From Octopus sinensis (Eukaryota): a stretch of DNA of 18,519 nucleotides. The position numbers were made by a program, and so were the translations under genes. Positions 8,212 to 18,141 of this stretch are shown piece by piece. The stretch lies in the NCBI RefSeq assembly GCF_006345805.1, contig NW_021824348.1, positions 1 through 18,519 on the forward strand, written 5' to 3'. The notes beneath the pieces were generated by a model. It did not search any database, was not told the DNA's origin, and saw nothing but the letters and a program-made list of their open reading frames with translations. How positions within the stretch are numbered: position 1 is the stretch's first letter; each line of letters starts with the position of its first letter.

Positions 8212-11200
8212 GAAAAATATCAGGAATGTCTTTTAAACTATAAACTATTTTCTTTCTCTAAGTAATGTCCAACTTCGTAAAAGGTTGAATTTAGCTTAAT
8301 GTATTTGTCTCAAATTATACCATGCTGACGATTTGTAATAAGGACGAAATAACGCTATACATGACTACCAATGACTAGAAAAATATCAGGAATGTCTTTT
8401 AAACTATAAACTATTTTCTTTCTGTAAGTAATGTCCAACTTCGTAAAAGGTTGAAATTAGCATAATGTATTTGTTCCAAATTATACCATGCTGACGGTTG
8501 TAATAAGGACGAAATAACGCTATACATGACTACCAATGACTAGAAAAATATCAGGAATGTCTTTTAAACTATAAACTATTTTCTTTCTCTAAGTAATGTC
8601 CAACTTCGTAAAAGGTTGAATTTAGCTTAATGTATTTGTCTCAAATTATACCATGCTGACGATTTGTAATAAGGACGAAATAACGCTATACATGACTACC
8701 AATGACTAGAAAAATATCAGGAATGTCTTTTAAACTATAAACTATTTTCTTTCTGTAAGTAATGTCCAACTTCGTAAAAGGTTGAATTTCGCTTAATGTA
8801 TTTGTCTCAAATTATACCATGCTGACGATTTGTAATAAGGACGAAATAACGCTATACATGACTACCAATGACTAGAAAAATATCAGGAATGTCTTTTAAA
8901 CTATAAGCTATTTTCTTTCTCTAAGTAATGTCCAACTTCGTAAATGGTTGAATTTAGCTTAATGTATTTGTCTCAAATTATACCATGCTGACGATTTGTA
9001 ATAAGGACGAAAAAACGCTATACATGACTACCAATAACTAGAACAATATCAGGAATGTCTTTTAAACTATAAACTATTTTCTTTCTCTAAGTAATGTCCA
9101 ACTTCGTAAATGGTTGAATTTAGCTTAATGTATTTGTCTCAAATTATACCATGCTGATGATTTGTAATAAGGACGATAGAGCGCTATACATGACTACCAA
9201 TGACTAGAAAAATATCAGGAATGTCTTTTAAACTATAAACTATTTTCTTTCTCTAAGAAATGTCCAACTTCGTAAAAGTTTGAATTTAGCTTAATGTATT
9301 TGTCTCAAATTATACCATGCTGACGATTTGTAATAAGGACGAAATAACGCTATACATGACTACCAATGACTAGAAAAATATCAGGAATGTCTTTTAAACA
9401 ATAAACTATTTTCTTTCTCTAAGTAATGTCCAACTTCGAAAAAGGTTGAAATTAGCTTAATGTATTTGTCTCAAATTATACCATGCTGACGATTTGTAAT
9501 AAGGACGAAAAAACGCTATCCATGACTACCAATGACTAGAAAAATATCAGGAATGTCTTTGAAACTATAAACTATTTTCTTTCTCTAAGTAATGTCCAAC
9601 TTCGTAAAAGGTTGAAATTAGCTTAATGTATTTTTCTCAAATTATACCATGCTGACGATTTGTAATAAGGACGAAATAACGCTATCCATGACTACCAATG
9701 ACTAGAAAAATATCAGGAATGTCTTTTAAACTATAAACTATTTTCTTTCTCTAAGTAACGTCCACCTTCGTAAAAGGTTGAATTTAACTTAATGTATTTG
9801 TCTCCAATTATACCATGCTGACGATTTGAAATAAGGACGAATTAACGCTATACATGATTACCAATGACTAGAAAAATACCAGGAATGTCTTTTAAACTAT
9901 AAACTATTTTCTTTCTCTAAGAAATGTCCAACTTCGTAAAAGTTTGAATTTAGCTTAATGTATTTGTCTCAAATTATACCATGCTGACGATTTGTAATGA
10001 GGACGAAATAACGCTATACATGACTACCAATGACTAGAAAAATATCAGGAATGTCTTTTAAACTATAAACTATTTTCTTTCTCTAAGTAATGTCCAACTT
10101 CGTAAAAGGTTGAATTTAGCTTAATGTATTTGTCTGAAATTATACCATGCTGACGATTTGAAATAAGGACGAAAAAACGCTATACATGACTACCAATGAC
10201 TAGAAAAATATCAGAAATGTCTTTTAAACTATAAACTATTTTCTTTTCTCTAGAAACGTCCACCTTCGTAAAAGGTTGAAATTAGCTTAATGTATTTGTC
10301 TCAAATTATACCATGCTGACGATTTGTAATAAGGACGAAATAACGCTATACTTGACTAACAATGACTAGAAAAATATCAGGAATGTCTTTTAAAATATAA
10401 ACTATTTTCTTTCTCTAAGAATGTCCAACTTCGTAAAAGGTTGAATTTAGCTTAATGTATTTGTCTCAAATTATCCCATGCTGACGATTTGTAAGAGGAC
10501 GAAAATACGCTAATACAGACTACCAATGACTAGAAAAATATCAGGAATGTCTTTTAACTATAAACTATTTTCTTTTCTCTAGTAATGTCCAACTTCGCTT
10601 AAAGGTTGAATTTAGCTTAATGTATTTGTCTCAAATTATACCATGCTGACGATTTGTAATAAGGACGAATAACACTATAAATGACTACCATGACTAGAAA
10701 AATATCAGGAATATCTTTTAAACTATAAACTATTTTCTTTCTCTAAGTAATGTCCAACTTCGTAAAAGGTTGAAATTAGCTTAATGTATTTGTCTCAATT
10801 ATACCATGCTGACGATTTGTAATAGGACGAAAAAACGCTATACATGACTACCAATGACTAGAAAAATTCAGGAATGACTTTTAAAAATATAACTATTTTC
10901 TTTCTCTAAGTAATGTCCAACTTCGTAACAGGTTGAATTTAGCTTAATGTATTTGTCTCAAATTATACCATGCTGACGATCTGTAATAAGGACGAAATAA
11001 CGCTATACATGACTACCAATGACTAGAAAAATATCAGGAATATCTTTTAAACTATAAACTATTTTCTTTCTCTAAGTAACATCCAACTTCGTAAAAGGTT
11101 GAAATTAGCTTAATGTATTTGTCTCAAATTATACCATGCTGACGATTTGTAATATGGACGAAATAACGCTATACATGACTACCAATGACTAGAAAAATAT

Positions 11201-11693
11201 CAGGAATATCTTTTAAACTAGAAACTATTTTCTTTCTCTAAGTAATGTCCAACTTCGTAAAAGGTTGAAATTAGCTTAATGTATTTGTCTCAAATTATAC
11301 CATGCTGACGATTTGTAATAAGGACGAAATAACGCTATACATGACTACCAATGACTAGAAAAATATCAGGAATATCTTTTAAACTATAAACTATTTTCTT
11401 TCTCTAAGTAATGTCCAACTTCGTAACAGGTTGAATTTAGCTTAATGTATTTGTCTCAAATTATACCATGCTGACGATTTGTAATATGGACGAAATAACG
11501 CTATACATGACTACCAATGACTAGAAAAATATCAGGAATATCTTTTAAACTATAAACTATTTTCTTTCTCTAAGTAATGTCCAACTTCGTAAAAGGTTGA
11601 AATTAGCTTAGTGTATTTGTCTCAAATTATACCATGCTGACGATTTGTAATAAGGACGAAATAACGCTATACATGACTACCAGTGACTAGAAA
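8212..11693 (+). repeat. Tandem array of 21 x ~166-bp units (about 30% GC)
   Basis: Unit starts at 8212, 8378, 8543, 8709, 8875, 9041, 9207, 9373, 9539, 9705, 9871, 10037, 10203, 10369, 10533, 10697, 10861, 11026, 11192, 11358, 11524. No spacers; no ORF of 60 aa or more. Confidence 0.98.
8321..8363 (+). ncRNA. Type I hammerhead-like motif in satellite unit 1 (recurs once per unit; last copy 11633-11675)
   Basis: Helix I CAUG (8321-8324) / CAUG (8360-8363); core CUGACGA (8325-8331); GAAA (8346-8349); helix III AUA/UAU with loop ACGC; AUA triplet ending 8359. Helix II lacks a direct G10.1-C11.1 pair. Confidence 0.6.
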
Positions 11694-11958
11694 CTTTAAG
11701 ATCTTTATAATGTGTATATAAAAATGCGAAATTATAAAAAGTTCAAGCTCTGTATATATTTCTTCTTTTATATAAATTACATGCTTTCAAATTTGCCTCA
11801 ACTTAGTCTAGAAGATATTGTCTTCCCTAAAATAGTTAACCATCAAAGAGCATGCCATTTGTTAAGATATATGTATTATTGCCATTATAAAAATTAAAAT
11901 GGCGGTGAGCTAGTAGAATCGATAGACTGACGGACAAAATAATTTGTTTGGTTTTTTG

Positions 11959-12293
11959 CTTTACTCCTTTTTACTTTTTTACTTGTTTCAGTCATTTGAC
12001 TGTGGCCATGCTGGAGTCCCGCCTTTTAGTCGAGCAAATCGACCCGAGGACTTATTCTTTGTAAGCCTAGTACTTATTCTATCGGAAACTTTTGCCGAAC
12101 CGCTAAGTTACGGGGACGTAAATACACCAGCATCGGTTGTCAAGCGATGTTGGTAGGACAAACACAGACACACAAACTTATACATACACACACACATATA
12201 TATACATATATAGGGCGGGCTTCTTTCAGTTTCCGTCTACCAAATCCACTCACAAGGGTTAGGCTCGAGGCTATAGTAGAAGACACTTGCCCA
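11959..12293 (-). mobile_element. SINE family A, 5'-truncated (no tRNA head)
   Basis: Aligns with 281-620; homology stops at GACACTTGCCCA (12293). Confidence 0.88.
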
Positions 12294-12410
12294 TATAGAC
12301 ACACGCACACACACACACACACACGCACACACACACACATACACACATGTATCGTTTGTAGAAATAGATAAACCCGGAGAAGTACACACTAAGATGTAGC
12401 GCAGTTAACA

Positions 12411-12501
12411 TCATAAACACACGCATTCCCCGGTCTGAGATTCGAACCCGCGATCTCTCGACCGCGAGTCCGCTGCTCTAACCACTAGGCCATGTTGCTT
12501 C
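12411..12501 (-). mobile_element. SINE family B-related tRNA-like head fragment
   Basis: Minus strand reads ATGGCCTAGTGGTTAGAGCAGCGGACTCGCGGTCGAGAGATCGCGGGTTCGAATCTCAGACCGGG. Confidence 0.8.
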
Positions 12502-13069
12502 AATCCATTGTTCCCCACCCCTTAAAACTGTTAGACTTGCGCTTAAACCAGAACCCATTCTCAGAATCTAAACGAAAACACCATAGTCATGACACTACGT
12601 TTTTCTTCCCAATAATTCATCTTAACGGCCTCACAGGCGTTGTTAAGCGATTAAAATATTTGACAAACTAAGGAATAATAATGTTGTGAGTTTGTAATTA
12701 ATTAGTCAGCTAATTAAATTTATACAAAATTTTTAAAATTACATTTTGTGTTTTATTTTAGTATGACATGTTTCTTGATTTTTTTTTTTTTTTTTTTGCC
12801 GTGTTGTTTGTAAACACTAGTTAGTCATAACAAGAACCGAAGGAAATCAATACCGATTTCCATAATTAGTTATAAAGCACTCCAAGACACTGGCAGCAAA
12901 ACTTTGTCTCAGCTTCCGATGCCAAATATACAGCAGACAGCGGGTTAAAGAATTAATTATACAAAAACAGATCACTATAGTTACAACATGTACGATTCGA
13001 GGGGGGAATCAGAATGGTTTTATGATGGGCAACAATGTACATAGCCAAGCAACTATTCTACAAATACGA

Positions 13070-13475
13070 AGGAGTGGCAGTGTGGTAAGTAGCTTGCTAA
13101 CCAACCACATGGTTCCGGGTTCAGCCCCACTGCGTGGCATCTTGGGCAAGTGTCTTCTGCTATAGCCCCGGGCCGACCAATACCTTGTGAGTGGATTTGG
13201 TAGACGGAAACTGAAAGAAGCCTGTCGTATATATGTATACATATATGTGTATATGTGTGTATATGTTTGTGTGTCTGTGTTTGTCACACCAACATCGCTT
13301 GACAACCGATGGTGGTGTGTTTGCGTCCCCACAACTTGGCGGTTCGGCAAAAGTGACCGATAGAATAAGTACTGGGCTTCCAAAGAATAAGTCCTAGTGT
13401 TGATTTGCTCGACTAAAGGCGGTGCTCCAGCATGGCCACAGTCAAATGACTGAAACAAATAAAAGAGTAAAAGAG

Positions 13476-13477
<2 letters not shown>
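13070..13477 (+). mobile_element. SINE family A, near full length
   Basis: Collinear with 2858-3270; tail AAAAGAGT x2. Confidence 0.92.
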
Positions 13478-13520
<43 letters not shown>

Positions 13521-13597
13521 TTAGATAAAACTTAGATATGTTTCGACCAGAGATTGGTCCAGGCCATGTCTAACTTAATAGCACCACCTGATATATA

Positions 13598-13816
13598 TAT
13601 AAATCGCATAAATGTGAAACAAGGTGGAAAAAAGAGTACTCAAATACCAGTGTTAGAGTAATATGCTTTATTTAAAGCAGCAGAAAATTCAACAAAAACT
13701 GTTACTCGGAGTTTCACGTTCCCGTTCGTCGGACAGTTTTGTAACCGACGAACGGGAACGTGAAACTCCGAGTAACAGGTTTTGTTGAATCTCTGCCGCT
13801 TTTAAATAAAGTATAT
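13598..13816 (-). mobile_element. Penelope-like terminal-repeat remnant with inverted partial copy
   Basis: Arms 13661-13732 / 13745-13816, including a perfect 34-bp stem (13699-13732 / 13745-13778) and 12-nt loop. Hammerhead followed by AATAAA on the minus strand; embedded in (AT)n. The PLE assignment is inference. Confidence 0.65.
13695..13740 (-). ncRNA. Complete minimal type I hammerhead motif with U4-to-C core variant
   Basis: Minus strand: AAAACUGU-CCGACGA-ACG(GGAA)CGU-GAAA-CU(CCG)AG-UA/ACAGUUUU. 8-bp helix I, 3-bp helices II and III, GUA triplet. Confidence 0.75.
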
Positions 13817-14180
13817 ATATATATATATATATTTTGTGTGTGTGTGTGTGTGTGTGAGTATGTATGTATGTATAGTCTTCTGTTTACATCCTTCCAAAGG
13901 AAAAAAAATGTTAATCGTAGTTGTATACGATCATAATAACACAGATGTGTCGCACTGTACAGTTAAAAGTGATACCATTCTTAGCATATATTCAAATGCT
14001 TAAAATTACATATGTACCGGGGGCGAGAACTGAAAAATATATGTTGGTTTTTATCGCATTCTCCATTTTCTTCTTGCGCTTAACAATTTATAATTTATTT
14101 GTATAGTCATTTAAAAAAAAATTTCAACATCTTTATATCATAAGACTAAATTATTCATCTTACTCCATTTTCTTTCTTTC

Positions 14181-14201
14181 AATATTAGTACTATATATAT
14201 A

Positions 14202-14266
<65 letters not shown>

Positions 14267-14344
14267 TATATTATATATATATATATGTATGTATGTATAT
14301 TATATATATATATGTGTATGTATGTATATTATGTATGTATGTAT

Positions 14345-14376
<32 letters not shown>

Positions 14377-14416
14377 CATATATATTATGTATAATCTAAA
14401 TAAAAGATATGTACGC

Positions 14417-14457
<41 letters not shown>
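14181..14457. repeat. (AT)n/(TATG)n microsatellite
   Basis: Direct reading. Confidence 0.95.
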
Positions 14458-14461
<4 letters not shown>

Positions 14462-14659
14462 AGAATAGCCAAAAGAAAGAATAGCCAAAACTTTTTGACT
14501 GCTATTTCTAAATTCGGTGTGTGTGAGGCAAAATGTTGCTAAACCCTTAATTACTTAGTATTACTTAAACCTTCCTTGCATGGGGCTTTTACATGCCGTA
14601 CTTCACTTGGTGAAATTAATGATTATTTCTAAATTAATTAATTTCACCCTTTATTATTG

Positions 14660-14660
<1 letters not shown>

Positions 14661-14706
<46 letters not shown>

Positions 14707-14709
14707 TAG

Positions 14710-14766
<57 letters not shown>
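14661..14766. repeat. (AT)n-(AG)n-(AGAT)n compound microsatellite
   Basis: Direct reading. Confidence 0.95.
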
Positions 14767-14767
<1 letters not shown>

Positions 14768-14779
14768 GAAATACATTTT

Positions 14780-15000
14780 CTTTTACTCTTTTGTTTGTTT
14801 CTGTCATTTGACTGCGGCTATGCTGGAGCACTCCCCTATAGTCGAGCAAACCGGACCCAGGAGTTATTCTTTGTAAGTCTAGAACTTATTTTATCGGTCT
14901 CTTTTGCGAACCGCTATGTTACGGGGACGTAAACTCGCCAGCATCGGTTGTCAAGCGATGTTGGATGGACAAACACAGACACAAACATATACACACACAC
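14780..15000 (-). mobile_element. SINE family A, 3' half only, more diverged
   Basis: Aligns with 290-510; runs into the internal (CA)/(TA) tract with no head module. Confidence 0.85.
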
Positions 15001-15562
15001 ATACATACATACATTCATATATATATACATATATATAGACACACACAAACATAGATACATTCATATATATATATATATATATATATAATATAAATATATG
15101 CATATATACATACATCTATGTACATACCTACAACTGTATGTTTATATACATGCATGTATGGGTGCAAGACATAAAAAAGTGAGATATGAAAATATAAAGA
15201 CAAAATCATGGAAACGAACCTTTTTTTTAAACAACGAAAAAACAGAGTACAAGACATACAACACAAGGAATATTCCCCTTCTTCAATTGTCCCTGTTTCG
15301 TCTACTCGGCGCTCGAAGGTAAGGACAAGACGCTGCTTCGTTGAAACAATTCTTCCTGCAAAGCAAATTAAATAAAATTTGGGATTTTTTGCGGAGGAGT
15401 AAAAGTGGTAACAAGAACAGGAGAGTAAAAACAATACAAATAAAAACAGTTAAAGACAGGACAAGGAGAATAACACGGTAAAAACAAACGACGAGGGTTG
15501 TTAAGCCAGGATGATGGAAAAATTATTTTGAACGCATTGAGGAGACAGCTTATGAGAAGGAC

Positions 15563-16342
15563 AGGATAAGCCGTCTTGTCTCGCTGAAGATAGCAGTCGG
15601 AAAGATGGCTTCCCTCTGGTCACGTGTCAATGACGAGAGGAGGAGGAGGAGGAGGAGCAAGAGAGAGGAAACGGTGAAGGGGAGAGGAGAAGAATAGGGA
15701 AGGGTGGGAGAGAAAACCAGAAAGGATGAAGAACAGGAGAGGGAGAGAGATAGATAGACAGAAGAGTAGGTATGTACATATACGTATGTATATATGCATA
15801 TATTTATATACTTATTTCTTTATTACCCACAAGGGGCTAAACATAGAGGGGACAAACAAGGACAGACATAGGTATTAAGTCGATTACATCGACCCCAGTG
15901 CGTAACTGGTACTTAATTTATCGACCCCGAAAGGATGAAAGACAAAGTCGACCTCGGCGGAATTTGAACTCAGAACGTAGCACCAGACGAAATACTGCTA
16001 AGCATTTCGCCCGGAGTGCTAACGTTTCTGCCAGCTCGCCGCCTGAATATATTTATATACTATTTATGTTATTATTTGATCGAACGCTACGCATCTTTTA
16101 TCTTAATAATTATGATGCGCACTCTTAACCTTTACTAATTCTCTTCTCTCTTTCTATCTCTCTCCCTCTCTTGTTCTTCATCCTTTCTGGCTTTCTCTCC
16201 CACCCTTCTATATTCTTCTCCTCTCCCCTTCACCGTTCCCTCTCTCTTACCCCTCATCCTCCTCCCTCTCGTCACTGACACGTGACCAGAGGGAAGCCAT
16301 CTTTCCGACTGCTCTCTTCACCGAGACAAGACGGCTTATCCT
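15563..16342. repeat. Long inverted repeat with ~203-bp arms (15563-15766 / 16141-16342); SINE inserted in the spacer
   Basis: AGGATAAGCCGTCTTGTCTCG...GGAAAGATGGCTTCCCTCTGGTCACGTGTCA has its reverse complement at 16275-16342; the purine-rich inner parts also align. Confidence 0.9.
15813..16046 (-). mobile_element. SINE family C, monomeric, with 15-bp TSD
   Basis: Head GGCGGCGAGCTGGCAGAAACG; tail ...AATAAAGAAATA; TSD ATATATTTATATACT at 15798-15812 and 16047-16061. Confidence 0.92.
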
Positions 16343-16367
16343 TAGTGTAAGCTGGCAAGAATAAGTA

Positions 16368-16530
16368 GTACCTGTAATTCATATGGGCCAGCCTTGTCAC
16401 ATTCTGTGTCACGTTGAATCTCCCTGAGAACTTACGTTAAGGGTCAGCGTGTCTGTGGTGTACACAACCACTTGCGCTTTAATTTCACGATTAACTGGAG
16501 CACTCATCGTCGTAACCGACGGAGTGGCAA
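16368..16530 (+). mobile_element. SINE family B (tail type 2), 3' half, diverged with internal deletion
   Basis: Aligns with the reverse complement of ~1466-1650, ending CATCGTCGTAACCGACGGAGTG. Confidence 0.8.
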
Positions 16531-17023
16531 TACTTTATATATGCAGTGTTTAGTTATTTGAAACGTATTATTTTTATAGAAAGACATTTGAGAATATCGT
16601 GTAATGAAAGCGATGGTGGTCATGACGTCAACGATTCGCCATTTTTATTGTTTTGCTTTACGGCAGTATTTAGTTGATTTTGTTGTCATCAGAAAATCAA
16701 GTCTCATTATAAGTGGTTAGAGTAAAATTTTTACATCTGCGACAACTGTTTTTCTGACCAAATCTGAGCTGGTTTTGTAGATTAACCCGCAACGATAAAT
16801 AATCACTAATATTTACTCATGATGGAATTCTCGTGGGGGCAACGTCTTTGATAGTTTATCTACTCAATCTCATGACAGACATTGAATCAAAACAACAGCT
16901 GCGATACAAACACAGACCTTCCATTATTGTAAAATAAGCAAAACCGTATATATTCAACTCGGGCGAATATTTTTTTTTTTTTTTGTCGAAAGAAGAAACG
17001 AGCTAGTCTTCTAACAATCGGTT

Positions 17024-17069
17024 CATAATAATAATGATAATAATGATGATGATGATGATGATGATGATA

Positions 17070-17111
<42 letters not shown>

Positions 17112-17324
17112 CTGATGATGATAATAATAATAATAATATAATAATAATAATATAATAATAATAATAATAGTAATAGTAATAATATAATAATAATAATAAT
17201 GATAATAATATAATAATAATAATAATAATAATAATATAATCGTAATAGTAATATATAATAATCAATAATAATAATAATAATAATATAATAGTAATAGTAT
17301 ATAATAATAATAATATGATGATGA

Positions 17325-17355
<31 letters not shown>

Positions 17356-17415
17356 GGTGGTGGTGGTGGTGGTGGTGGTGATGATGATGATTTGATGATG
17401 ATGATGATGATGATA
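17024..17415. repeat. (AAT)n/(GAT)n/(GGT)n compound microsatellite
   Basis: Direct reading. Confidence 0.95.
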
Positions 17416-17970
17416 AATGCCCTGATGCAGTACCAGGCAGTGGCTCTCATGGCTTCTGATCTTAACTGATTGGAAGTGTTATCATGTACATTGTTTCTGT
17501 CTTGGTATAAAAGATGGGCTACAGCAAATATTCTGCTCAATACCACAGATTGCTTGTCGTTGTTTGACCTTAACCAGTTGAGCATGTCCCTTAGTGGCTG
17601 ACGATATGTGCATCTTTGATCACGAGCAGAAGTAGTGGGGGAGCATCATTGCCATGTGTTGAGAGGGATTCTTTAGGGTTTGAATAATTCACCTCTGGGA
17701 ACATGGGTGTTTTTTTCAACATCCTTAAACAACTCTTATCCAGGGACCTTTTGAACAGGGCTACTCATCTTGAAGAAAATTCTAACTGAGCCCCAACAGC
17801 AAGGTCATGTGCTGTTTATCTTGATATGAGATCACCATGTCGCGCACATATGGTTGTGATGCATGTGCCTAGTTTAACCTTATCAGGCGGGTAGTCATGA
17901 TGGGTATATTGGGCTTTGTATATTTTACCCTAGTGTCACTTTGATGGCATGCACTGCTTTCTCACTCAAT
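17416..17970 (+). mobile_element. Probable non-coding interspersed retroposon (~555 bp) with (AAT)n tail
   Basis: Complex sequence bounded by trinucleotide microsatellites and running into (AAT)n. Recalled as a recurrent octopus repeat, not verified. Confidence 0.5.
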
Positions 17971-17971
17971 G

Positions 17972-18026
<55 letters not shown>

Positions 18027-18045
18027 AAATAATGATAATAATAAT

Positions 18046-18077
<32 letters not shown>

Positions 18078-18108
18078 ATGATAATAATGATGATAATAAT
18101 AATAATAA

Positions 18109-18139
<31 letters not shown>

Positions 18140-18141
18140 AA
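17971..18141. repeat. (AAT)n microsatellite
   Basis: Direct reading. Confidence 0.97.

Noticed and set aside
8212-11693. CRISPR array or repeat-protein CDS
   Set aside because: No unique spacers, eukaryotic context, and a 166-bp period that is not a multiple of 3 with no ORF of 60 aa or more.
614-13458. Recurrent 'MPKVPRSG.EPGTMWLVSKLLT' ORFs
   Set aside because: Antisense translations of SINE family A heads.
15140-15430. Island containing GACGAAACAGGGAC on the minus strand
   Set aside because: No CUGANGA core; possibly a repeat fragment but not supportable from this window.
15542-15582. Hammerhead-like GAGACAG-CUUAUGA...GUC/UUGUCUC
   Set aside because: A 7-bp helix I and GUC are present, but G5 is changed, GAAA is absent, and helices II and III do not form.
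15584-15615. CUGAAGA...GAAA in the left fold-back arm
   Set aside because: No helix I or II, and the other arm reads GUGAAGA.
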